64,000 nucleotides of DNA from the human T2T-CHM13v2.0 reference genome, Homo sapiens. The position numbers were made by a program, and so were the translations under genes. The DNA lies in assembly GCF_009914755.1 (NCBI RefSeq), contig NC_060929.1, one strand, 5' to 3'. The notes below the pieces were generated by a model. That model was not told the origin of the DNA, searched no databases, and saw only the letters and a list, made by a program, of their open reading frames with translations. Below, piece after piece: positions 32,068-49,574 of the stretch. The first letter of the stretch is position 1, and every line of letters begins with the position of its first letter.

Positions 32068-32499
32068 TTGCAATTTCTTTTTGATTAAACAAAATCAGAG
32101 CAGATTGTATTGCACTGCCAAGAGCTCCACTTGAGCCATTTTCTTCAGAAAGTTTTCCTAATAAATGTATGACATCCTGTGTCACCTCTTATAGTTTTTC
32201 AGCACCTCATAGACACTGATTAAGCTCAGCACTGTGTAGAATGAACAATCAGCTCTACATGCTCTACTGGGTGATCGTAGAGAAGCCAACAGCAAGACAA
32301 CAGGACAGCATATGAAGTCTACATCAGGGCTAAGAAGAGGATGACCTGGGACAACAGAGGAGGGGGCTTACCCCAGCTATAGGGTGCACTGAGGAATGTC
32401 AAAAAAGGAGTCCTTTCAAAGTCTACCTCTAAGCCAAGACCTAAAGATGAGTTGGCTACAGGAGTGGAGAGTAAGATTCCAGGCAGAGAGACCTATCAC

Positions 32500-33015
32500 C
32501 TGCGGGGGGCACACCCTCAGGTGGCCCCCAGTGGGTTACAACCCTCTTTAATCTTCCTGAGTGGGGGTGCAATCTGGGACTTGCTTCTAGCCATTAGACT
32601 GCAGCAAAGGTGACGGGATATCACTTCTGTGAGAACGCTACAACCCTACGCTGGAGCATGTGGTTATCCTGCTGGCCTGAAAGAAGTGAGCTGCCATGTG
32701 TCAAGGAATTTTGAGGGCTTCTAGGAGCTGCGAGTGGTTCCCAGCCAACAACTAGAAAGAAAACAGGGACTTCAGTCCTCAAAAACACAGGGAAATGAAT
32801 TTTGCCAATGACCAAGTGAGCCTGGAAGATACCCTGAGGTCCAGAAAAGAACAAAGCCCCAAGATACAGGGACTGCAGGCTTGGGGGACCCTGATCAGAG
32901 GACCCAGCTCAGCTGTGCCCCAGCTCTGACCCTTAGATACTATGAGATAATCAATGTGTGTTGTTAAAGCCATGAAGTTTGCAGTAATGTATTACAAAGC
33001 AATAGCTAGCTCATG
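32500..33015 (+). mobile_element. MLT1E-like MaLR LTR
   Basis: GGGACTTCAGTCCT...GAAATGAATTTTGCCAA...GAGATAATCAATGTGTGTTG; subfamily uncertain. Confidence 0.7.
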
Positions 33016-34115
33016 TGATTATCTCTGCATGCTATCTCTACCCTGTTTTGTGTTTATATCTCAAATCCGTCAGCAGTAAAAAATTTCCCTAGAGCAGGGA
33101 GGTAGTAGAGGTCCATCATGACTTTCCCTTGCTGAATGTCCAGGAGGTGAAGCCTAAGTACTTTTCATCAATCTCACACTGGTCAAACTGCAAGACATAC
33201 GTCTCTCTCTTCCCCCGCTTTCTCCCTCTTTCCTTTCCTCTTTTTATAAAGCAAGAAACTTCTAGATTAAAAACAGCATATTATGAGTGGAAGCTTTAAA
33301 ATACTTCTCTGACATTGCACTGCTGTGTGTAAGGGCAGAAGGAGCGGGAATGAGGATTCACTCTTCGAGGACACATGTGTCCTCAGCTGCCTGCATTTCT
33401 GTGTCAAGTCACATTGCTGTCTTTCCCATGTGACAAGTCATTGAAGGTGGGTGGGGAATGAGAGTGGAAGCCAAACGAGGTTCTTGGCAGTTCCCTGATC
33501 CAGAAAGAAGAAGTCATACAACAAATTTTGTGACTAATTTTTTATGTTCAGGCCCGACTGCCCATACTCTGCTCCTATCTGGAAAAGGGGGTTAAGGAGC
33601 CTCTGCCCCAACAGCATCTTCAAACGTAGATTTTCCTTTTTGCTTTCTGGACTGAGTTTTTGACAACCAGGAGGATTTCAGACCGGCTACTGATCTCTCG
33701 CTCAGTCGCTGCTCTGGTTGCAGGGATAAAAGCCAGTATTTGAATTAGAGAAAGTTAGAAGGGTCTTGGGGTATCGCTTCGTAGACACTGGGGGCTGCCT
33801 CCTACTTCCAAAGTACTGTTATTCGTCTGCCAACATTTGTTACTGCCTGAACAAATACCCATACACAAACAATTAGGATGAGATGTTTCAATGTGTTCTC
33901 TAATGAAACAGAGTCCCTGACAAGTCAAGGACTTCACTTCAAATAAAATAGTAACTGTTTGGGAGACAAAAGGTTATGGTAGGCATGGCAACAGGAGTAT
34001 CTTCCCAATGTGAAAGAACAATTGTATAGCGGTGTCATAGAGCCCTAAACCCTGTGAGCATCACCCCGAGATCTGTCAGGGATTCGGTGGGAGTTGCTCT
34101 TTCTCCGCATCGTAC

Positions 34116-34230
34116 CTTGGTCTTCCCCAGCTGCCACTCGCTGTTGGAGGCATCATAGAGCTGCAGCAGGCTCGTGCACTTCCCTCGGACGTCCTCAGGC
34201 AGAGCCAGATTCCTCATCAGCACTTTATAC
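34116..34230 (-). CDS. MYO10: MYO10 exon (~21), converter: (R)[38 protein letters not shown]
   Basis: TTGCAG| acceptor, AAG|GTACGA donor; 115 nt; myosin motif QLGKTK(VF). Confidence 0.96.
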
Positions 34231-34328
34231 CTGCAACGTGAAGACACACAGGGTCACCTTCTGCGATGGTTCCCTGTTTTCTCCAACCCCTTTGAAAAGA
34301 AAGAGAATCCAATTCAGCTCCCTCTTGC

Positions 34329-34453
34329 CTTTTGTAAAAGTCCTGAAAGGGTCTTCGGACCGCATACCCAGCTTTGCGGATTCTCACAGTCTCCAGCATC
34401 CCTGAGTACCGCAGCTGGTTCAGCACAACCGCCTGGTCAAACTGGTCTGGCAT
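34329..34453 (-). CDS. MYO10: MYO10 exon (~20), SH1/SH2 region: [41 protein letters not shown](R); its first codon is the headless-Myo10 start Met
   Basis: TTTAG|ATG acceptor; AAG|GCAAGA (GC) donor; myosin motif [14 protein letters not shown]. Confidence 0.96.
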
Positions 34454-34708
34454 CTAAACCATGCAAAAAAAAAGATGGGATACCATTAGAAAAAATGGAA
34501 TTCGATAAGGGAGGCTTAATAAAGCCACCTCCATCATTGGTTTACCCCTCTTCAAAACACATACGAGAATCTTGAACCTACACAGAAATAGAGACTAGCA
34601 CAGGAACCCCAGTGGAACCATCACCTCGCCTTAACAACCGTCAACCCCTGCCAATCCTGCCCCATCCACAAGCTACTTCCTCCCTCCCCTTATGTTTAAG
34701 AAAATCCC

Positions 34709-35029
<321 letters not shown>

Positions 35030-36536
35030 TCATTTGCAAAGATTCTACTATATGTCATGTGTTAATATAACACTAGTATCATATCTTAAAAGATAACAAT
35101 AATTCCTTTATATTAATATCCATGTTCACATTTCTGGCTGTATCACAAATATCATAAATGTACCACCACTTTAAAATCTATTTTTTCTGCAAAGACTTTA
35201 AAGTGTCATACAAATGTCACTTTATTTTACTTTTTAAATTTGAATTTAAAGTCATTTTTTACCTAAGAACACAGTGACTTGGTGATGGGTGGATACCCAC
35301 ACTGTGGCAGGTGAGGTGGGGGTGGGGGTGGGGATGGGGAAGGGGAGATGACCACGCTAGCCGGTTTGGAAGACATAGAGGCGAAAAAGAGTTTGACTTT
35401 GCTCAAATTCTAGTCAAATACTTATTTATTGAGAGCTCCATACTCTGATCACTAAATAAGCCTGAGAACACACAAATTAAAGACAGAGGAAATCAGAACC
35501 AAGACTTAATGCTCTGAAATGTGTTCTTTTATTTGTTCAGCTGCCAAACAAACTGGCACTGGGGCCAGGACAATAGGTTTTCAGAGGAAAGCAAAAAAGT
35601 GGGCCATTTAGGAACTCTGGGGACAGTGGTTTGTTTTTTCAGTCCACCCACCCGTGTTCCCTTTAATTAAGCTGCATGTTGTTATCCCACACAACTGTGA
35701 ATACAATGACAAAAAAATAGTGCCATAGGACCTAACTGTTAAAAAAATACAAGAATGCAAAGTGGCTTAATTTGTGACCCTTAAAAATGCAGTCATTAAC
35801 ACAGAATTAGGCATAAAGCCGTGTTATTCTGCAAGCTTTCAAAATTGGCAAAAAAATAAATTTAAAGAATGCTTTGCAACTGTCCCTCACAGCTTTTGAT
35901 GGAATAGCTGCCATCAGCCCTAGTGGGCTGACTTCTCTCATATTTAATTTCTTCTACAAACACTGTGGTCAAATTGTCTTTATTTAGCAGTATTCCAAAC
36001 AAGTGCAGCCAGCAAATTAGGGCAAACATCCAAAGAACTGTGGTTCTCTGTTTTTAGTCTTGATTAAATTATCCTCAGAAAAGTAAGAAAAGCATAAAAA
36101 TATGAAAACAAAATTAGCTTTGGTGACTCTTATGCCGTATCTCTGGATTTAAAAATGCGGGTTGGGGGGTGGCTGACTGTTCTGAAGGCATTTGGTTACA
36201 ATGCTTCTGTGAGATTTATTTGGGAATATAATCTAAGCAGCACTGTATAGAGCAAATATAAAAGGAACACTGAATAAAGTATCAGACTTACTTAACTTTG
36301 TTAAATTTATACTACCAGAGAAGCCTTCTAAACTTAATATTTAATCACTTGATGCGCAAAGACTTTCATCCAAAATATCTCTATCTCTCAGGCTTTCCCT
36401 GTTCCTGATCCCCTCTTTTCTCCCAGTCTCTATAGAACAAAGTCTGTACAATTCCCCAGTCCGAAGCTCGAGTTATTAAAACTAAAGATATTACACCAAA
36501 AGGGCCTCCCCATCCAAAAAGTTCAGCCACACTCAC

Positions 36537-36910
36537 CATCTTCCTGTCTCTCCAAGGGGCATTTCACCTTCAGTTTGGCTCTTGGGCCAAAATTCATATG
36601 GAAAACAACTGCCACACTGACCTTTTCCCCACAGCTAAAGACATGGAACAATAATGAACACCATTCCTGTGCTTTAAAAAGTGCCCGGTCGCCATGACAA
36701 CCCCTTCCATTCTCGGGCTAATTAGTGTGGTGTGGTTGTAGGATTTGACACAGCCAGGGGAGGGGAGGGAGGGAGCAAGGAGCGGCCTCGAGATCCAGGC
36801 TCCCATTGCGATTGTGTCCCTGCCCCTTCCCAGTAACTTAACCAGGGGAGGGGGATCTATAGGCTGATTGTCGCCCCGGGCAACCCACCCTGCGATCACA
36901 ATCACGAGGG
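36537..36910 (-). promoter_or_regulatory. MYO10: Candidate intronic promoter and alternative first exon for headless MYO10 (5' boundary unknown)
   Basis: ATG|GTGAGT donor at 36537/36536 in non-repeat DNA; local CpG enrichment, GGGGAGGGG boxes, SOX-like and TAATTA motifs; headless transcripts are known to start in this intron. Confidence 0.55.
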
Positions 36911-37792
36911 GGTAGATCTGGATTTCCATTGGTGGTTTTCTTTTCGGCTGCAATTTCCTTTTCTGGTGAATTGAATGTTCAAAGATGACACAGCTGGAGG
37001 CTGGACAAGGCACAACTTAAAGGCATTTCGCCTTTCAAAACTCTGCTACTGCGCTGCCTCCACTGGTAACTAACTAGTTTTCCAGAACCTGAGCTCACTC
37101 CAACAAAGACTGCCTGCAGTGTACCGACAGGGAAGTCTCGATGGCGACAAATAGGTTGGAGTTTGGAAGAAACAGCCTCTAACCAGGGCAATTACAGTCA
37201 CTTGATCCATTTACTGAATATTTACTGAACACCTACTATGTGCAAGGTTTTGTAATTCATGATCAGGGAAGATTTTTTTCAAAAAGGTGGAAGCTGTGTT
37301 TTGTTTCCAAGGACCCTGCAATTTAGGAGGGTGGACAGGTACATCAGTACTTAGATAGCGGAAAGCCTAATATTAAACTATAATTAAAGATTAAAATTAA
37401 GTTCCTTGGAGAGAGAAAAATACTGAGGGGGCATGGGAAGTGCACAGATTTGAACTAGAGCTCGGACTCTTAAAATGCTGGAGGGAAGGGGCATTCCCCA
37501 CAGGAAAAAAAAAACAGGAAGAAAAGCCAAGAGGAACCTGGCAGGTTCAGTCAACAGGATGGGATGGAACAGAGGGGGAAGGACCTGGGTGGAAGATGGA
37601 CGCATGGTTCTTGTATTCAAGATAAGAAGGAGTCACAAGGAGTCACTGGAGGCTCACAGTAGAGACCAACGGGGTCAGATCTGTGCTGGGTAAGGATCCC
37701 CTCGGTGGCAGCAACAACACTAGGAACAAGAGCATCCCCAAATGGGCAGCAGCTGGGTATATTCTGATACCACGCACGTCATAAAAATGTCA

Positions 37793-38330
<538 letters not shown>

Positions 38331-38524
38331 GAACAACATAGGGCAATTGGACAAAAAAAAAAAAAAAAAGATCAAATTGAAGACATACCTATTGACTCTA
38401 GGGCCTTTCATGAGGTATTATTGAGTGAGAAAAACAAGCTAGAAAGAATCTTACTTAAAAAAAAATAAAGATGATCACTCCTCTCCAAAAATCCCTGCTC
38501 TAGCTACATATATGCGTATAAATG

Positions 38525-38593
38525 TAGTCATGTACCACATAATGATGTTTCAGTCAACGACAGACTACAGATATGGCGATGGTGCCGTAAGAT

Positions 38594-38595
<2 letters not shown>
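38525..38595 (+). mobile_element. Tigger3 (MER7) terminal fragment
   Basis: AGTCATGTACCACATAATGATGTTTCAGTCAACGACAGAC. Confidence 0.65.
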
Positions 38596-38598
<3 letters not shown>

Positions 38599-38627
<29 letters not shown>

Positions 38628-38771
38628 GAGACAGGGTCTCGCTGGGATTACAGGCATTTGTCACCACACCTGGCTAATTTTGTATTTTTAGTAGAGATGG
38701 GGTTTCTCCATGTTGGTGAGGCTGGTCTTGAACTCCCAACTTCAAGTAATCTGCCTGCCTCCGCCTCCCAA
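38599..38771 (-). mobile_element. Internally deleted Alu
   Basis: Long poly-T; GGGTCTCGC joined to TGGGATTACAGG. Confidence 0.85.
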
Positions 38772-38789
38772 AAAAAGAAACCTCACCCA

Positions 38790-38950
38790 GCCTGGGGGTT
38801 TCTTTTTGAGGTGACGAAAATGTTCTAAAATTGACTCTGGTGACGGCTGCACATATCTGTAAAAAATTTTAAAACTCACTGAATTGCAGATTTTAAATAA
38901 GGCAATTACATGACATAAGAACCATATCTCAAAAAAGCTGTTAAAAAAAT
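38790..38950 (+). mobile_element. L1MB/ME-type 3' end fragment
   Basis: GGTGACGAAAATGTTCTAAAATTGA...AAAACTCACTGAATTG. Confidence 0.7.
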
Positions 38951-38965
38951 TTTTTAAGTACATTA

Positions 38966-39460
<495 letters not shown>

Positions 39461-40025
39461 TTAATAATGATTAATAACAGGGCACACTAAACCCTCTACA
39501 AAAATCACTTACAGGCAATCCTTACCTCCTGCAGCTTATTTAGATAAAGGACAACAGAGGTGCTGACAAACAGGGACACCAAGAGCAGGGAGGGTGCTTC
39601 CCAATGAAGACAGAAATGCATTTATTTATGTATCAATGAATCCAATTGCCCTGAACATTACCGAGCCTTCCATAATTTCATGAACAGTGCATGACAATAA
39701 GAAGTATGACAGTGGATTTGGAAACAGCCATTTGCCTATGGTAAGGGGACATTCAATCTGTGCTTATTTAATGAAAGAAAATACAGTGAGTTTATTATCC
39801 ATGGACCATTAAAGTTATAATGTTTTTCAGCATTTGAGAAACTCGCAAAAACCAACCAAGGCATCCTGAGAAGAGCCCAGGAAGACGTGGCTGGGGGTGG
39901 TAGGAATCCAGCTTGTCACACAGGAGCCATGGGTTTTTCCAGAGCCGGCCAAGATTTTAGGGAAAAGCCATTTTGTAGATAACGAGACTGGAAATTAGGA
40001 AGGCAAAATGACTTGTTCAAACCGG

Positions 40026-40330
<305 letters not shown>

Positions 40331-40963
40331 TTAAACTGGTTTTAACATTTGCTTAAATCAAGAAGTTAAAAAGTAAGTCTCAAAGAGCTTTGCGTTCCTG
40401 AAAACTAGCATGTAAATCAAACTCGTATGCATCAAACCTATTTTCCTACTGACACATTATAAAACTGGGAAATATTACCATGGGATATAACTCTGAAAGG
40501 AATGAAAACTTCTTTAGGGAAAAGATTAAGTGGAACCTAGGCAGAGAATGTGGTCTATAAGGTATCATTCCCAGTGGCAATCCGTCTTCTGGAAACACAG
40601 ACATTCTCTGGAGATTTAAGCACAAGGAACATTCCTAGAGATCAACTTGTCAGGTACTGACTTGGTCTAATACAGGCGACTTAAAGATCACAATTTTAAG
40701 GGCCACGACCACATCGATAAGAAATCAGTTTGCTACATTGTGAGTTCAGCCAAACATCTGCATATGGAAGCAACTAGAGAATAAAGAAGAGCTTTTAGAA
40801 AATCAAATTGCAAACTGAGCAAATCCAACTCTGGCTACTCCCATAAACACGGACAATCATCAGCGGACCATATCCTTACTTCGCATATCAACCTCTGATC
40901 ACTGACAAACAATTCAACTGTTCTTTGACCCACGGGGGATTTAACTCCATTTGCATCTCATAC

Positions 40964-42525
40964 TGAGAGGTGACAGCACGCTGGCAGTCCTCAGAGCCCT
41001 CACTTGCTCTCGGCACCTCCCCTGCCTGGGCTCCCACTTTGGTGGCATTTGAGGAGCCCTTCAGCCCCCTCACTGCACTGTGGAAGCCCCTTTCTGGTCT
41101 GGCCAAGGCTGGAGCCCACTCCCTCAGCTTGCAGGGAGGTGTGGAGGGAGAGGCACGAGCGGGAACCGGGGCTGCGTGCAGCGCTTGCGGGCCAGCTGGA
41201 GTTCCGGGTGGGCGTGGGCTTGGTGGGCCCCGCACTCGGAGCAAACAGCCAGCCCTGCTGGCCCCGGGCAATGGGGGACTTAGCACCTGGGCCAGTGGCT
41301 GCGGAGGGTGTACTGGGTCCCCAGGCAGTGCCAGCCCACCGGCGCTGTGCTCTGTTTCTCGCTGGGCCTTAGCTGCCTTCCCGTGGAGCAAGGCTCGGGA
41401 CCTGCAGCCCGCCATGCCTGAGCCTCCCACCCACTCCATGGGCTCCTGTGCGGCCGGAGCCTCCCTGACGAGCACCGCCCCCTGCTCCACGGCGCCCAGT
41501 CCCATCGACCACCTAAGGGCTAAGGAATGCGAGCGCACGGCGCAGGACTGGCAGGCAGCTCCACCTGCAGCCCTGGTGCGGGATCCACTAGGTGAAGCCA
41601 GCTGGGCTCCTGAGTCTGGTGGGGACGTGGAGAGTATTTATATCTAGCTCAGGGATTGTAAATACACCAATCAGCACCCTGTGTTTAGCTCAAGGTTTGT
41701 GAGTGCACCAATCTACACTCTGTATCTAGCTGCTCTGGTGAGGACGTGGAGAACCTTTATGTCTAGCTCAGGGACTGTAAACACACCAATCGGCACTCTG
41801 TATCTAGCTCAAGGTTTGTAAACACACCAATCAGCACCCTGTGTTTAGCTCAAGGTTTGTGAGTGCACCAATCGACACTCTGTATCTAGCTGCTCTGGTG
41901 AGGACGTGGAGAACCTTTATGTCTAGCTCAAGGATTGTAAATACACCAATCGGCACCCTGTGTTTAGCTCAAGGTTTGTGAGTACACCAATCAACACTCT
42001 GTATCTAGCTGCTCTGGTGGGGCCTTGGAGAACCTGTGTGTCCAAACTCTGTATCTAACTAATCTGATGGGGACGTGGAGAACCTTTGTATCTAGCTCAG
42101 GGATTGTAAACGCGCCAATCAGCGCCCTGACAAAACAGGCCACTCGGCTCTACCAATCAGCAGGATGTGGGTGGGGCCAGATAAGAGAATAAAAGCAGGT
42201 TGCCAGCATTAGCAACCCGCTCGGGTCCCCTTCCACACTGTGGAAGCTTTGTTCTTTTGCTCTTTGCAATAAATCTTGCTACTGCTCACTCTTTGGGTCC
42301 ACGCTGCTTTTATGAGCTGTAACACTCACCACGAAGATCTGCAGCTTCACTCCTGAGCCCAGCGAGACCACGAGCCCACCAGAAGGAAGAAACTCCGAAC
42401 ACATCTGAACATCAGAAGGGACAGACTCTAGACGCGCCACCTTAAGAGCTGTAACACTCACCGCGAGGGTCCGCGGCCTCATTCTTGAAGTCAGTGACAC
42501 CAAGAACCCACCAATTCCGGACACA
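40964..42525 (+). mobile_element. Solo LTR12C-type (ERV9) LTR, 1562 bp, antisense to MYO10
   Basis: TGAGAGGTGACAGC start, CCAATTCCGGACACA end, ATAC 4-bp TSD on both sides, tandem CCAAT/TATCTA U3 repeats, AATAAAA TATA-like box 42188-42194, polyA signal 42268-42273. Confidence 0.95.
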
Positions 42526-42872
42526 ATACCCCCTCCTTGGGTGCCTGCTAAGGGCAGGTGTCTGAGCATGAGATGACACACCACAGTGGACAAGGGACAC
42601 ACTGGTAACATGTGGCACTGTATCCCAAGGATGATGCCCTGCATGTGACAACGTATATAATAACGACTGCTTCTGCTTTAATAACAAATATCAAATACAG
42701 TGTGACAACTCCTTGGGTGCTTCTGAATACATGTTATAATTTATTTCTAGAGTGGATCCTTTCCTATCATTTTTGGAGAGAATTTACTCAAGGTCTAAAA
42801 CTTTCATGTGATCACAATGTCTTGAAGATTATGTAAAAGTAAACAATTATTTTAATCAACTAAAAATATTTA

Positions 42873-43277
<405 letters not shown>

Positions 43278-43603
43278 CTAATGGTGTGGGATGTCCAAGA
43301 GCAAACCCAGTCCCTGCTCTGCCCTGACAAATGCAGGCCCTTCCCAGATTAGATCTGCTTAGGATGCAAAATGGTAGAGAGCCCGAGATCTGGCAACACA
43401 GGAGATCCTCAGAGCCCTGACAAACAGCCCCAGAAAGCCAAACAAAGGAGCTGAGCATCACACCGACAGTAAGTCAATTGCCTTTACTGCCTTAACTTGG
43501 GAGCTTATTAAAAGAATTTTTTGAAGACTTTATGTCTTATAAGACCAACCTCCACATTGCTAGACTATTTCTCAAAGTGAGTGGTACTGCATTCAAAATT
43601 TAG

Positions 43604-43937
<334 letters not shown>

Positions 43938-45734
43938 CGTGAGCCACCGCGCCCAGCCTCCACATTGTATTCTTTAATGGCACCTGACCTACTTTAAATG
44001 AAATACTTTAAACTTTACATTCATATTGGGTCTGCAACTGAGGGACTCATCGCACAGTTCATATTGTGGAGATTAGTATGCCACTATCTTAAGAAACATA
44101 AAATATGTGAATTATGTAATAAGAAAAGCCATTACATAATTCATTACATGAATACTGTATGTGTGGGGCAGGGGGCACTGCTACAGAGAGGATTTAAAAT
44201 ATTAGGTATATTTGTATTTGCATTTCCATTATCGGATATACCTCTACCCCATTTAACTTTAAAAATAAACAACCTTATCTTCTGATAACCCCTCTTCAAC
44301 TTTAAGAAGTTAAAGACTCCATAAGAATTACCCAAAGACAATTACGCTACATAACAAAATATCATTCCCAGTCCTGTAACTACTAAGAAAGCCTCACCAC
44401 AGGACTCCCATCCCCTCCTCTTGCTGATTCACAAAGAACTCTGCAAGGAATCTCAGTCTATTTGCTTTCTTTGCTACAATAAACTCTCAAGAGTGGTGAA
44501 TAAATATTCTCAGATAAGAAGTTTATCATGCTTTGAACAATGTTCAAAAGCATCGTAACTAAAGCAGCAATATAACTTTCCTGACCTTGAACAGAAGGTA
44601 AATAAAAGTCACTTCAACTGGCGACAAAAGTCCTTTGTACTTACATCAGTCATTTCACTCCGGGGCTGTTAAACACTTTACACAGTGGTTGCTACTTGCT
44701 AATTTTCACATTTTTAGAAAAGAGGCAGAAACTAATTTCCCCTAGAGAAGAGGCAACCCCCGCAGGTGAGGAACAGGAAGGTAGTAAGCAGGGCCTGACT
44801 GGCGAGCAAGCTGTCAGTCAGTCCTGGAGGTCAGATTGTAGGGTCTGGAAATTTCTCACTCACCAAGTACAACCTTCAACCCACATACCCGCTGAGACTA
44901 AGTACAGCTGTCACCCTGAGCAAGGACACTCACACTCTGTTACAGCTGCAGGCGCTTACCTCGGACCCACACAAACCTCAACTACCTAATGGGAAAGAAA
45001 ACACTGGAACATAAATAACATGCACACATACATGTCAATCTTTCTAAGGGATAGCTCTGGTTGTATCACAGCCCTGTTCACACAGAGCCAGCACATGCCA
45101 GTTTAAGACAAAGGCTTCGATTTCCCATTCGAGGTCCTCACAGTATGGCTCCAATTTACCTTCCCAGTCAATACGCCCTTATACAAATCCTACCTTTTAG
45201 TCCAACCATAGATCATTCTACTTGTTTCTTGACTAAAATGCTCACTTCCTGTCTTCACCTCAGCTGAAACTGGCCTCTCCACCTGAAATGTACCATCTGT
45301 TGAGCCTGATGGATCTTTTAGGTGTCTCTCAAATGCTCCCTCCTGCGTAAAACTGTCCCGATGCATCCCACAGGTGCCATCCGTGATGCTCTCACCCCTA
45401 GGTTCCCAGCACACGCTGTACTTGCATGAGGATGTGACCCCTGGTCACACTCTTTTTCATCTTAAGCATGTCCATGTGAACTCCCCATTAAATTACACAT
45501 TCTTGCAGCGGAGCAGCTGAATTCTATGAATGTCTGAGTTCACTACATTGCCTGGTGTGTCACCCTACGTATCAGATACACTCTCACTTACGCTGGTATA
45601 TTTGCATGAACAAAATTGTGCTTCTGTTTACAGCTGTTTCTAATATATTTGTTTAATTAGCATTAAATAGGTTTTGCCTCTCTTACAGATTTTGGAGAAA
45701 TGAAAACGTTTTTTGCTTTTTAAAAAGTATGTCA

Positions 45735-47575
<1,841 letters not shown>

Positions 47576-48233
47576 TTTGCAAGAAAACCTAAACAAAACC
47601 CATTCTGTCCAACTGGATTTGATTTACTGTCATGAAAACAGCACAGAAAATCTCAGGGTCCTGACACTAGTTCAAATATGACTCTAAAGGAAGCCAGCAT
47701 AAGGTCCAAGTAGCCCTCACAATGTGTTTCTAGAGAACATGCCCAAAACGCAGCTCGATACCCAGTTATTTTTTTTTAATGACTCACATGACACGACTGG
47801 AATGTGTTTCTATGGGGGTTCCACTGCAAGACGTCATGAAGTAACTCTTCAGTATAGTGTTTAATGAGGAGGGATGCAAAAGAAATTGGGAGATTACAGC
47901 CATCTCTTTTTCCCCACTAACTAATTTGTTGTTGTTAAATGAAAAAATAATACACGCAAAGGATCTGGGTGTATATATGCATATATAATACATACACATA
48001 CATACATATACAAAAAAGCATCTGCCATAAAAACCCCACAGCTCTCCTGAGGAAGACCATTCGTACTAGTTTCCTGTGTCTCCTTCAGGCACAGTCAATG
48101 CATGTATAAACACAGTATGCATGTGTGTGTATATGCACGCTCACGTGTGTGCAGATAAATACACACACTGCTTTTTTAAAAATGCAAATAAAAGTGTTCC
48201 ACATTTTGCTTCTCTTACCTAACAGAATCTTAG

Positions 48234-48596
<363 letters not shown>

Positions 48597-48917
48597 AAAA
48601 TACTACATCTTAAATTGAAAATCGAGTAATAAAAATAGCAACTACCCAGCCCTTGAACAGGAGCTATGTTTCTACCATTGAACTGAGCACTTTACATGTG
48701 CCCACTTAATCTTTACAACTACTCTATGAATTAAATCAGTCCATGATGATAAAATTAAGTGTGTGATATACATTTTTAAAAAAGCAATCGTGTGGGAAAT
48801 GCTCTCAGCTAATATTTCCACAACACTCTACAATTTCCAAAGTACTTTACCTACAATTTGCTCTATCACCCTGTGAGGTGGGTAGGGCAGCCATTAATTA
48901 GCATTTTCATTAAATAG

Positions 48918-49286
<369 letters not shown>

Positions 49287-49574
49287 CACTCAAGTCTTTT
49301 AACATTAAATCCTTGCAGATCATGCCAGATCTCCCCTAGAGTGCAGTAGCACATCTGCTGACTGACAAGTTTACGTCCAAAGTGATACCATATTAGTGGC
49401 CACTATGGTCATCTGTGGACGATCATCAAGTCAGCATGGTTCCATTCTGGCACATAGGTTGGTTTGTATGTATGGATCTCTATGGTGGTGGTGGTGATGG
49501 TGGTAACAGCAGTACTAACACCACTAGTAGTAACAGTACAAGTAGTACTTCCAGCAGCAACATTAGTGGCAGAG

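Noticed and set aside
36594-37013. 139-aa minus-strand ORF over the candidate promoter
   Set aside because: No recognisable homology, and it stops before the 36537 donor, so it cannot extend Myo10.
40888-41647. Long ORFs (216 aa minus, 225 aa plus)
   Set aside because: They lie in the GC-rich U3 of LTR12C. Stop-poor composition explains them, and they have no recognisable domain.
41630-42130. Regularly spaced ~40-bp repeats that superficially resemble a CRISPR array
   Set aside because: Standard LTR12 U3 tandem repeats; no unique spacers, and the DNA is human.
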